Of a stretch of DNA of 64,000 bases, positions 47,075-59,060 are shown piece by piece. A program made the position numbers and the translations under genes. Under the pieces are notes generated by a model, which saw only the letters and a list, made by a program, of their open reading frames with translations, did not search any database and was not told where the DNA came from. Each line of letters opens with the position of its first letter. Positions within the stretch are counted from its first letter, which is position 1. Source of the DNA: Pseudovirgaria hyperparasitica (Eukaryota); assembly GCA_010093815.1 (NCBI GenBank), contig ML996566.1. The stretch is one strand, 5' to 3'.

Positions 47075-48574
47075 ATGGGAAATGCATCAGCACCCAAAAT
47101 TATCATTCGTCCGTGCTTAGAGATGCTCCCGTTTGAGATTCTAGAGGAGATATACAAACATCTCGGCACTATTGATGATGCTCATCACTTGGCTCGCACC
47201 TGTAAAAGAATCAATCAGGTCATGGATCTTGATGGTGTCTACAAGAGGATCATGGGCATGATAATTGTACCATATACCTACATAAAATCCTACAAGACTA
47301 ACAAATATCAGGTGAATTCGAAAGTCCATCGCTTTGATAAGCAACTATGCAACTTGCTCGTCGCCCATCATCATATCTTAGAACACTTTACAGAAAACGG
47401 AATATTTCCGCAATGTAAAGATCCGAGCCTCCCTACCTCTGACCAAGGTCCAGATCCAGGTGCTGTCGATCTCTCTCGGGCTACGTGTCCATCTTGGAAA
47501 TCTCCTGAATATGAGTGGCGCATCACCGATACCGAAATCTTCGATATTCTCGCACGCTGGCAAGGACTGCGGGAAATTCAACATCTCTACACCAAACAAA
47601 CCGCAAGCAAAATGAGTTACCTTAACCCCTGGATGTGGGGTCAGCACGATGAGTTGCAACTTGCTGCTCTGCATCGACACTATATTTATATTACTAACAT
47701 GGGCTTCGAGGGAGTACGAGTTGACGCACTGCCGAACCGCGACACTCACATGGATTCCTTTGACGCAGAACAGACAGATCGTTTCTATGTTGCGCTTACC
47801 TTAAACTGGGTTCTGCAGCAGCATCGTTGGTGTTTGATATCCCTGAATTGCGCTACACCTATGATTGCGGAGAAGGCAAAATCTGCGTTCGAAGCAATGC
47901 TTCAGCATGATGAAGCTCGATGGGGTAAACGGTCACTACTCGATGAGCTTGACCTGCTTGAGGTCTACGAGTTCCTCTACCACGCCATGTTACCGGTCGC
48001 CTTCCGTGTGTTACATGGAGATGGTCAGACTAGTGGTATTGGGAGGACAAGAGTGGGTCAACAAGCGTACGAAGTTTCGGCCGGTAGACTGTTGCGTCGT
48101 CGTCTCCAAACCAAGATGGCGATGTTTCAACCACCAGACATAGTCGAGGCGATCCTTTTAGCACAGCACACGGGTCCAGTAATGGAGTACGATGATGCAC
48201 TGCAATCACCCCGGGCGACGTTCAATTCAACGACCCTATCTGCAGCGTGGCGCCCGGGAATGGTTACTTATAGACATGAAAGCTTCGGTTTCTTGCCTTC
48301 TGGGACCATCTTGAGCATGGGTAACAGAGGTGCGCGAAGACCGGAAGTTTTGGGGGACATGCATTACTTGTATCTGTCGGAAACGAGGGTATATAACGCT
48401 ATCAGAGCATTCTGCAGACAAGGGCTTCCAGATCCACGGGAGAAGGAATTTCACAAGTATTGGGCCGATAGCCTAAGAGGCGGAATGTTTTGGTTCGCGC
48501 AGTCTTCAGGCAAAGCAGAATGTCGAATCGACCGCCTGCGCGAAGCGCCTGAGCGGAAAGACTGCGAATTTTGA
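47075..48574 (+). CDS. F-box-like hypothetical protein (probable in-frame intron 47267-47311)
   Basis: LEMLPFEILEEIYKHL..DAHHLARTCKRI resembles an F-box. The remainder is unrecognised. Confidence 0.65.
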   Translation: MGNASAPKIIIRPCLEMLPFEILEEIYKHLGTIDDAHHLARTCKRINQVMDLDGVYKRIMGMIIVPYTYIKSYKTNKYQVNSKVHRFDKQLCNLLVAHHHILEHFTENGIFPQCKDPSLPTSDQGPDPGAVDLSRATCPSWKSPEYEWRITDTEIFDILARWQGLREIQHLYTKQTASKMSYLNPWMWGQHDELQLAALHRHYIYITNMGFEGVRVDALPNRDTHMDSFDAEQTDRFYVALTLNWVLQQHRWCLISLNCATPMIAEKAKSAFEAMLQHDEARWGKRSLLDELDLLEVYEFLYHAMLPVAFRVLHGDGQTSGIGRTRVGQQAYEVSAGRLLRRRLQTKMAMFQPPDIVEAILLAQHTGPVMEYDDALQSPRATFNSTTLSAAWRPGMVTYRHESFGFLPSGTILSMGNRGARRPEVLGDMHYLYLSETRVYNAIRAFCRQGLPDPREKEFHKYWADSLRGGMFWFAQSSGKAECRIDRLREAPERKDCEF

Positions 48575-48889
48575 ATCGTGGTAAGTTTGGTGCAGCTGGA
48601 TGAGGTTTAGACGAATTACGCCAGGAATCTGATAGGTGCTATAATCGCTTGATTATCAGTCGCAGGCTTGCAGTTCAACAGGTTACCAAAAATGATACTG
48701 ATACTAGCCAACCTTTGATATACCCGAGGTTATGCCGCCTGGCTCAGGATCCCACGTGTTGTTAATTGAACCCTGACCTTTCCGTCTCCGTCTAAGGTTC
48801 TCCGCATCGCGTATGCATTTCGTTAAGCCGAGCTCACCTTTGCGCCTCCAGTACCGACCCGCCTTGACTTGCGCTTAATTCAACACATT

Positions 48890-49612
48890 ATGGCAGATCC
48901 AAGCGGGTCTCAAGTTGACCCCCACGTGAAGGCAGAAGTCAAAGAGGAGGAAATTGATGCGTCGATCGAAGAGAACATCAATCCAAATCCTCAACCTGAC
49001 TCCATGAACCTAGACGGCGCAAATGACATGGATGCCACAATCGCCCCGGCGAACATCGAGCCGCGAATACCTGCAAAGAAAGATGCCACGTTGAGAGAAT
49101 TTATGAGCAAGATGGACGACTATGCCCCTATCGTACGTGGTGGATTCATGCGCACCGACTTGACATAGACAATACGGAGACGTGGGCTAAACGTTGAACA
49201 GATACCTGACGCAGTAACGAATTATTATCTGTCCATCGCTGGCTTACCACCGCCACCCCAGACATCGCCACATCTTGCGCGCCTCCTTGCACTTGCGACA
49301 CAGAAGTTCATCGCGGATATCGCGGCCGACGCGTACCAGTATTCTCGCATTCGGTCGTCGAATACAAGCAGTGCCAATGCTATGGGTCTAGCACCTGGTG
49401 TACCCGGAGCAGCGGGAGGTCCTGCAGCAGGTGCAGCAGCTGCGTCAAAAGAAGGATCAAAAGGAGCTGCACTTGGCGTACAAAGACCTGGTTTTGGAGG
49501 CGGTGGACAAGGCGGAGCTGGGCAGGGGCGAACTGTGCTTACAATGGAAGACCTTGGGATGGCTGCGGGCGAATACGGAGTGAACGTGAAAAGGAGCGAA
49601 TTCTACAGGTGA
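48890..49612 (+). CDS. TAF10: TFIID/SAGA subunit Taf10. Exons 48890-49132, 49202-49612
   Basis: [81 protein letters not shown]. Confidence 0.97.
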
Positions 49613-49941
49613 AAAAGTGTCCAGCGACAAACTCTAATCACCGAAGCGGAGAGAGATGGCAGTCGCTACAGCATCATCAGGGAAATCGCATGGAAACGGG
49701 GAGTTTGGGAATCTTCTTGTAGATCACAAAGGATGCTCTACACAGGATGGCGCTTTGGTGTTTCTTCGGACTGGGATGCTCTGTCGCTTCTTGTTTCTGA
49801 TGTATATCAAATCTATGATGCAAATGTTTACATGTTTTACACCATGTTAATACAGAAGATATACGTCCGTACTAACGCCTGTGTATATGATATCGAACGC
49901 CGGATGGTGAAATGCAAAGCCTCTATAATCGCGATTGTCAT

Positions 49942-50363
49942 TCACTTGTTGGCCGTCCTTTTATACGAGAAACGTTTCCTTGTCCTGTATAGCTGTTAGC
50001 ATAATCGCTTGAGTACCTGATACTCCTAGTACAGTATCAGCGCTTGGGTCAAGACGTACGGCGAGAATTCGCCCAGTTTGTGTCCCACCATATCCTCCGT
50101 CACCGTCAGTTCGTGGTATACCAGGCCATTATGAATTTGGAAGCGCAGTCCGACGAAGTTTGGTAATATGGTTGCTGAGCGTGCTTGCGTCCGGATTGGC
50201 TGAAGCTTTTCCCCAGCTTTTGGTCGAACGATAGGGAGGGCGACAATATTCGGCACTGAAAATTCGATATGGTCAAACACCTTGTCTCTAGACCTAAAAG
50301 CATAAGGGTGAACTTACCTTTCCAGGCTGATCGCCCTTTCGATAGGACCTGTGTCGCGCGCAT
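49942..50363 (-). CDS. RSM19: Mitochondrial ribosomal protein uS19m. Exons 50363-50318, 50255-50060, 49984-49942
   Basis: [49 protein letters not shown] (S19 signature). Confidence 0.95.
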
Positions 50364-50470
50364 ATTGTCGATGCGGAGGAAGGCACGGGTGTGATGCTAG
50401 TAAATTCGAGGTTCCTGTCTACTTTACAGCACAGACCATTTGGTTGGAGCATCACGTGAACACGAGGCAA

Positions 50471-50597
50471 ACGCGTCTGAGGTCTGAGCTCATTCGCATT
50501 TCGCGTTCCAGCCTGCTGTGAGTGCAAACATCTGCTAGTTGTAGTATGGCATAACGATTCTCTTTCTCCGAGCCGCAAAGGTTCGTTCTTACGCGAA
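50471..50597. promoter_or_regulatory. MCB-like elements in the RSM19/MRE11 divergent promoter
   Basis: ACGCGT 50471-50476, TCGCGT 50501-50506 and ACGCGAA 50591-50597. Confidence 0.55.
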
Positions 50598-50626
50598 CAA
50601 GCCGCGCTCAGCATTCAATCTTCAAC

Positions 50627-53056
50627 ATGCCTCCTCCAATAGGTAGACAAGAATAGCAGCTGTCATGTCAGGGCATGTCATTAATCTGAGGTACAGATGC
50701 AGATACAATACGAATTCTGGTTGCTACAGACAATCACGTTGGCTATAATGAGCGCGATCCCATCCGTGGATCCGACAGCTGGAGGAGTTTCGATGAGATC
50801 ATGTGCCTTGCCAAAGAACGTGATGTCGACATGGTTCTTCTCGCGGGAGACCTATTCCATGAGAACAAACCGAGCAGAAAAGCTATGTATGAAGTCATGA
50901 GAAGCCTACGAATGAATTGCTTTGGCGAGAAACCGTGTGAGGTCGAGATGTTAAGTGATGCAAGTGAGAACTTTCAAGGGTGAGCCCCCTCCTGGTTCAA
51001 GGAGAAGCGTGAACTGAATGTGGTCAGAGAGTTTAATCATGTTAACTACGAAGATCCGGACATCAACGTCGCGATACCGGTTTTTTCCATACATGGTAAT
51101 CACGATGATCCTTCCGGTGAGAATCATTTAGCGGCTCTGGATATTCTTCAGATGTCCGGTCTGTTGAACTACTATGGCCGAACACCCGAATCCGATAATA
51201 TCGCCATCAAGCCAGTCCTGCTTCAGAAAGGCCGCACGAAACTTGCGCTGTACGGAATGAGCAACGTTCGCGATGAGAGATTGTTTCGCACATTCAGAGA
51301 CGGTAAGGTCAAGTTCTTCCAGCCAAGTACAGCAAAAGATGAATGGTTCAATCTGATGAGCGTGCATCAGAACCAGTAAGCCCACAGATCTGTGTCGAAG
51401 AGATGCAATGCTAAAGATTTGCAGCGCTGCTCATACAGAGACCAGCTATCTCCCCGAGAACTTTTTGCCCGAATTCATGGACCTTGTAATATGGGGGCAC
51501 GAGCACCAATGTCTGATAGATCCACGCTACAATCCTGAAATGTCGTTCCACGTAATGCAGCCAGGTTCTTCTGTAGCCACATCTCTTTCCCCAGGAGAGA
51601 CTGACACTAAGCACATTGCGATTCTCAGTGTCACTGGGAAACAATTCAAGAGCGAGCCCATTCAGCTAAAGTCAGTTCGACCGTTCATCATGAAAGATGT
51701 CGTCCTACAGAACGAGCGCGCCCTGAGAGATGTATGGAGACAGGACGACAACAGGACTAAGGTTACGCAACATCTGATAGGGATCGTTGACAAGATGATT
51801 GCGCAAGCCAAGACTGAATGGAATGAGGCTCAAAATGACCCGAGCGTTGAAGCCCCACTCCCACTGATACGCCTTCGCGTAGAATACACGGCCCCAGAAG
51901 GTGGTAAGTTCGACTGTGAGAATCCACAAAGGTTCTCGAACAGATTCGTAGGGAAGGTGGCCAACGTCAATGATGTGGTCCAATTCCACAGAAAAAAGAC
52001 AGCTTCGCGAAAAGCCAGGGATGCCCCCGAGCTCCCAGAAGAGCATATCATGGACCAATTAGCGCTTGATTCAGTCAAAGTTGAGAAGCTAGTACGCGAA
52101 TTTTTGACTGCACAGTCACTCACGATTCTACCTCAGAACACCTTCGGCGATGCAGTCAGTCAATTCGTCGATAAAGATGACAGACATGCGATGGAGATTT
52201 TCGTGAACAGCAGTCTAGCAAGCCAAGTCAAGCATCTGTTGGACAAGGATGATATTGACGAGACTGAGATAAATGACGCTATGGAAAGTTACCGTGTGCA
52301 ACTAGAGGAGATGTTTGCTACTGGACAAGTTCGGGCAAACAAAGGGAAGCGCAAATACAAGCCGAAGCCGCCAAATTGGGATAGTGATATGGATGGTGAT
52401 TGGGAAGAGCAACCAGGAGCACTCATTATCTCAGATAGAGAGAGTGGTAATGGTGACGAAGATGACGATGAAGAACGCAGAGCTGCGACGACTCGTGGGC
52501 GCGCACGAGGCCGGGCAGGTAAAGCTTTAGGTACAGGCACAACTCGGAAAACCATCACTGCGAAAAGGAATTCTGCCAAGGCGCCTGCTAAAGCTGCACC
52601 AGCTAGAGGGAAGAAGAAGATCGTCCAAGAGGAATCGGAGGAGGAAGATGATGACGTAATTATGATTGACGACGACGACGAGAATGATGATGATGGTGAT
52701 GAAAGCCAGGGGCTCTTTGTATCTTCAAAGACTACCACTGCGAGAAGACCTCCGTCCAAGGCTCTTGGAAGTGCACGAGCAAAGTCGCCAGTGAAGAAGC
52801 CGACAGCACGAGCTGCAGCAACAGCGTCTGCTAGACAGACTAAATTGGATTTCTCTCAATCTGCGGTGCGAAGTCAAAAGATGCAGGCTAACACCCGAGG
52901 AAGGGCGGTCGAGCCAGTAAGTGTTTTTCCACATGCAACCACCTCTTGAACTTTGAAGCTGAGTTCCTTGACTAGAGTGACGATGAGATATCCGACGATG
53001 ACGACGACGACGCGTTTGAACCGGCACCTCCCGTAACGAGAAATTCTCGGCGATGA
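50627..53056 (+). CDS. MRE11: Double-strand break repair nuclease Mre11. Exons 50627-50642, 50697-50979, 51028-51375, 51425-52916, 52976-53056
   Basis: [73 protein letters not shown]. Confidence 0.98.
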
Positions 53057-54001
53057 AGAGCTTGTACAGGGCAATTGCCCAGGTATGGTCTTTGTAGAAA
53101 AGCAAAGGGGTCTTGGTCGAGTCTACTTTGCATAGCGAAAGGCGTTGCCTCAAAATGCCAAACATGATTGCATCCACAAGCAACCTAAGTGTTGCAGATA
53201 TAGAGTGGTAGCATCTTCAAATCTTGTATTTCAAGGTTTGTGCCCAGACTCTTCCAAAGCTGTTGCGACCTATGTATGTCACCTCTTTTTGATGGGATTT
53301 TGATGGCTTTCGCTCTCTTTGGTTTGCACCATGCTCCTTCTCTGAGTCTACGTTCTCCTTCCAAGTCCCCTCTTCTCTCATAAGTTGCCGCCGTGTGCCA
53401 GTATGTCGGTTCAGGGACATGTACCTCGCCGTGCATCCCATCGTTTCCTTTCGGTTTACGCCCTCGCGGGAAGGAGAGCAGCATATGCCCTACCTGGTGG
53501 TTGGAAGGGACCAGACGCCGGCCATGATGCCTACCAGACTTCTCCTAGACCTCCTTCTCTTCTTGTAGTCCCTACCGCTTCCAAAGTTATCAACCCATGC
53601 CAGTCATGTCGCCGCTTCGCAACTGCCGCATCGTGAAGCTCGTCATATATGGCTTCTTCTTCACCCTCATCAACCTCTTTTTCCTCCTCCATGCATCACA
53701 TTCGATCACTTTTGCTCCACATTCCGTTTCTTTATTCCACACCCACACAGTGTCTCAATCGCTTGGATAGATCAGACTCTGACTAGCATCAGGACTCCAC
53801 TGGTATGTGTGCCCATCTGCTTCTTTCTGGCAACCACTCCGAATGTGCATGCAGAGAGATTATGCTTAGTGACGTTCTGATATTCGGGTTAGACATTCTC
53901 ATCAACGATCTCTATACCACCCCACATACTCAACTGCCACCCCTGACAGCACTGTACCCAGTCGACGTGTTTGAATACGACACGAAAGCAAAAGACGGAG
54001 G

Positions 54002-57000
54002 ATGACAGCATACAAAGTCGAAGAGCTCTTGGCTCTCAGAGATTCGGCATCGGAGTCTGCTGTTTCATTTATCGAGAAGTTCGGTGATGAAGATGCAATT
54101 AAGGGTAAGCAAGCATGCACAGTTCACGATATTCGTCCCCTACACGCTACTGGTCATGCACGGTTGCCACGTCCAATCAGCTCACGCTCTTGGTGCGCTT
54201 TCTTTCTTTCCACTGACCATGCATGGTTATTCCTCACGTCCACTTGATCCTCAGCTTCGCTCCTCTTTCTTGGCTCATTCTTCTCAAACCACCCTCTCTC
54301 CATCTTATACAGTCAATCCTACTCCTTGAATACATCGTATCATTACCTTCCTTAGCTTTAAAGCCAGTTCTATCCTCATGAATCCCACCGCCCGACCGTT
54401 CGTGCCTGTAGAAAAGTGGCATTACAATCACTATCCTGTTACACCATCACCGGATGAGGAAGACGAATGGGAGGAGAACCCAGAAGATTTTTGTTGGAGA
54501 AGGCTGACACCACGTACTGCAGAGCATGTTCTGCGTCCTTCAGCCTCTGCCGGAGTGATAGGCTCGCAGCTGATGGGTAATCGCATGCGTCCCTCTGCAG
54601 GCACAGCCAACGGTAACAACAAGAAACCTTCACCCTCTCCTTCGTTTAAACGAAAGACTGTCGAGCGCATGATCAAGGAGCACGGTAGTCCCCCTGGTAT
54701 GCGAGTCACGGCTGGTGGCCGGGTTGTGCCTATTGACCTGCCGCCGCTAAGCAGTCCTCGATTTCCCTTCAACAACGCAAAGTCTCAAGCGACTAGCCGC
54801 GCAACTTCGGCTCCACAGCTCTTTGCCAATCACAACAACAGCATCAACGGCTCTGTCTTTCCCTTCGCGGGTCATTCGCCCTTGTACGTTGTCAACAACC
54901 ACATTTGCCAGCTCGTCAACGGACAACTTGTTCCCCTAGCACTACCTGTCTACGAGAACAACGGAGTGCTGCCCTCACCTCAGTTCCCAACGATGACTGC
55001 CATGGCGATGGGTGATCAGTATATGCCACAGCTCACTAATGGCTTTCTTGCACCTGTTCCTCCTGTCAATCTGTCTCCACTTGCTCAGGCGATTCCTATG
55101 CATTCTGGAATTCCGCCAATGCCATCTGCCGTACCAAGTCAACAGGTGGCCTCTGATCCAGGCATTAACCTCGCTACGAAGATCAAGATACTTGAAGATG
55201 AGTACAGTAAGCTGGAGAGTCAGCTGAAGGAGCTTGAGCGCCTTGAAGTTGTGCAGTCTGATCCAAGGGGACCGCAATGGCGACAAGAAGTCGTGAAGAC
55301 GAAGCGGACCTTCATTACTGTCCTTGACATTATTCGCAAGCTGCTCAAGGCTCTGCGCGCTGGTAGCTCTGACGGCGGAAATGCCATCGACGCGAACCCT
55401 CAACCGCTCCCCAGCTCCCTATCAACCGGTCACTCCCAGCCACCGAATGCGCACTTACAGCTTTCCACCTTGTCAGGTCTGGGCAACACTGCCCTGGGAC
55501 CATCGCCTGTCTCGCAGCCCACCCAAATGGATATGTCTGCCTACTACCAATCGTTTGGTTACCATCCTCAGCTTGAGCTCCAGGCGCCTGTCACGAACCA
55601 GGCCTCAGTACCAACCACTCTGGGCGCTCCGCTGTCCACAGCCAACGGGAGTGGAACCTTTGCTGTAGCAAATCCTCCTTCCCAATCTACTTCATCGAAC
55701 GGCATCTTAACACACAACAGCGGTCAGCCACCTTCTCCGTGGCGGTCAAATGGCCCACGTCGGTCACATGCAGTTGAGATCAAAGATCCTCGTGACGGTT
55801 CCAAGAAGTCAACTGGACAGCAGTCTAAGTCTGCACTCAATCCTACGAGTCCGACGTACGAACCCAATTCTCGAGTCAAGACACCAGAGCCGCGATCACC
55901 TGGCATCTTCGTGCCTCCCTCTCCCTCACCAATACCGTCCCCAAGTCGTCATGAAGCCATCGAGGCTCAACATCCCTGGTTGTTCGACCAGTCTGATCAC
56001 CATGGCAACGTGGAAGGACACAAGAGCGCCTCTGGAAAGACTGTTAAGCACAAGTCTAGTGCCGCCAGCGTCCAGACGGCCGATTTCTTCCCGGTCAATA
56101 CTCACGAACACTCGAACAAGACTCCTAGTGGCGCTGCGAGCAAGTCAGGAAGTCCTCTGAAACTCGGAAATATTGAGGGGGCGCCAGCTACACCGGAGAA
56201 GAAGTTCTTGATGGACTTTGCCGAAAGCCAGTTTCGAAGTCCGAATGACGAGAATTCTCATCCTGCGGCTCCTCCTGTTTCTCCAGCGGACGCCCGGGGA
56301 TCGTCTCACAATGGTGATCTAAGTAAAAGCTACGATAGATACTCCATGTCCAGTGCCGACACATTGAAGCAGACACTGACAACCACCGAACATGCACATA
56401 CATTTGTGACTTCAAGCTTAGATGCTAAAACCTTCGGAAGCATAAGATCTGGTCAGGACTTGTCTACATTGCCAGTGCACAAGCCACAGCCCACAAAGCT
56501 CAACTCGGACTCTTGGCTAAGGGGCTACGGTGCGGGTATGAATCGAAGCTGTCTTCCAGACGGTGCAGACGAGGACTTTGTCGCCGGGTATTGTCGGGGC
56601 CTACAAGACTGGCAGAAGTCTCAGAGAAGCCAACCTGGAAATCCAGGAAAGTTTACGGAAGTGTTCCATACGAGCTCCACTACTCTTTCTTCAAGATCAC
56701 CTGCTAATGTCGTGGCTCTTGAATTGACTGCGAATGGCATCGCCGTTCCTACTAGAAGACCGCATGCCCCTGACCATCCTCACTGTCCTCCTGGTCTTGG
56801 GGCAAGACCTTCTGTGGACGTTGGCTTTGTCACTCGTCCCGGCTCTAACATCTGGAGCCCTACTAAGACCGATGGGTTTCCGAAGGACTTTCAAGCCCGG
56901 CGACAAGTTCCAGCTCCAATAGGCACTTCTGCTACTCAAGGCGCGGAGCATATAATCTTCGATCAGCGTGCGGCATCAAGTTCTCCAATGATGAGTCTCT

Positions 57001-57533
57001 CGCGCAGTGTTCAGCCGAGCTACACCATTGACTCACAGAGCTCGAGAGCCTTTCCAGCGAGTTTTCCTTCGCAGGTTGCTCCACCTGTGTCCAGCCAACG
57101 CTACTACCCTCCTATGAGGGCGCCAGGCCAGCACGTGCCGCATCATAGTCCTCGAAAGGGTGATCCCAGTCGTATTTCTCAATGTGATGGTGCACTCGAT
57201 GACATGGTCGATGTTGTCACGGACTCTGGACCCAGTTCCCCCCCAGCTTCCAAGACTACCGGGACCAGATCCAACGGCAATTCACCAAAGAAGGGCGAGT
57301 CTCCTGCGAAAGCCAAGCTCGAGCAGATTGCGAACAGTGTAGCAAAGCAGGTCCGAGGGAACCGAAGCAAGAAAACTGCCGAAGATGAGCAAAAGCCTGG
57401 AGATGACCCTGCGCACATGAGCACTCAAGATAAAAGGCGCTGGAGAGAAAATTGGCGCAAGCGGTTCGGCGACCTCAAGAACAGAGAGAAAGAAGAGATA
57501 GATCGCTATCAACAGGAGAATGCTACTGATTGA
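54002..57533 (+). CDS. Large, mostly disordered hypothetical protein. Isoform A exons 54002-54104 + 54523-57533; isoform B single exon 54378-57533
   Basis: 1051-codon ORF from ATG 54378. Upstream exon MTAYKVEELLALRD...DAIK with GTAAGC donor (54105), GCTGAC branch (54503) and CAG acceptor (54522) joins it in frame at EHVLRP. Confidence 0.8.
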
Positions 57534-58979
57534 GTGGTTTCTTCACCACTTTCGTACCTCCTGCCACGAACTTTCCTTCGAGATCGGACATTGACAATCA
57601 CAAATACTTCAATTCCAGCGCTGATCAAACCATACATCCGTACCACGGCTCTTGGGTCTTTGGCTGACTCTATTCATTACTGACCTCCATCGAACGCTGT
57701 ATCATCGCTACTAGTCCTGGGGAAGCGGTTTTCTCTGTTTCAACAACTTCCATTGCGCGACATGCTACACGTTATGTCAAGAATTCTCTTGGCGGAGCTA
57801 TCGACGACGACCTATCATTGCATCATTACTATGACTTTACAAACCGGTATCTCTTCAACACTAGATCGACCCACAAGGCCAAGCTGGACCTCTTAAAACA
57901 TGGCATGGTAGTTGACACTTTTTATCTAGAACGCATTCCCCATTTCATTTTCACCGCCATGGTTACCACACCGAGAGTAGTACCTTTTCTTGCAACTCTT
58001 ACACATGCGAACATCTTCCTTTGTACCATCAAGCACCAAGCACCTAGCACTTTTCTTTACATCTTACTGCACATCTTGTATCTGCAACATCGCATTGCGA
58101 AACCTAGGTTGGCATCGTTCCTACACCGATCGCAGCTCACCTTTGCTTGCCTTTCTTTGTGTAAGATAAACCTGCCAGCTATAGTAGAGCTCAATACAAC
58201 ATTATCAAAGAGCTCCACGTATGCAATGACATGTTATAGCCTCATGAGGCCGCTCATACGGGTGTGTGAACACTAAAGTGACTGTACTTGGTGAAAATGT
58301 CACGATTTTAATTATATAGTTACCGAATCGTGGGTTCCTAGCAAATGCAAGTCTTGAATCCGGCTGATGTCGACTAGACATTCTACCATGTTTAGGAGAG
58401 GTCTGTCTGATCTTGGTTCAAATCTTGTGTAGTAAAATATAGCCAAAGTAGCAATCCTGTTAAAATATACAGTACGTAGGAATGTTGATGTGCCTATTGC
58501 TCAAACTATGGCAAGATTTTGTCACATACATCCCATTCTAAGCCTAAGCGGCTTCCAGTTTATCCACACAGAATGCGAACTCGTTCTACTGCCTTGATTG
58601 AGAGGAATAATCAAGACAACTCTGCACAGCAGAGCAATTTGTACGTCACCCCCACAAATTTCAAGAACTAGACACAACTCTCCCTCATGGATTTGGCTCT
58701 GCCACCCATATCCCAGCCGAAGGTCAGGCCAGAGATTTTGTTTCCTTAAGAAAACGAAGCCGAGCTGACAGGAAAATGGGCGCATGGTTGGGTGGTTGGT
58801 GAACCAGAAGAAAGCAAGCTTTACTACTTGTGAAGAGATTGATCGGAGATAAGCAACGCTAACCACAATTTTTTTTTCCAACTTTAATCATTATATATTT
58901 TCAAAAAAGTTAGAAACTTTCAGTCAGCAGCACTGATGGCTTAACTGCCTCCAACGCGCACATATTCTCGCTCAAAAAA

Positions 58980-59060
58980 CCAACGCTAGTCCCAAGCGGT
59001 ATGGTTTCTGCCTGAGATCCCGGGTTCAATTCCCCCGGGTCCGGCAGTTTTGCCATTTTT
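58980..59060 (+). ncRNA. tRNA-like / Pol III promoter-like element (pseudo-tRNA lacking anticodon arm)
   Basis: A-box-like TAGTCCCAAGCGGT, B-box GGTTCAATTCC (59023-59033) in a T-arm-like hairpin, downstream T-runs. No anticodon arm and no pairing acceptor stem. Confidence 0.4.

Noticed and set aside
30277..47311. Apparent excess of stop-free 3n introns (30277-30333, 36848-36901, 42056-42106, 47267-47311, plus 528-584)
   Set aside because: About five among roughly 40 short introns is near what chance would give.
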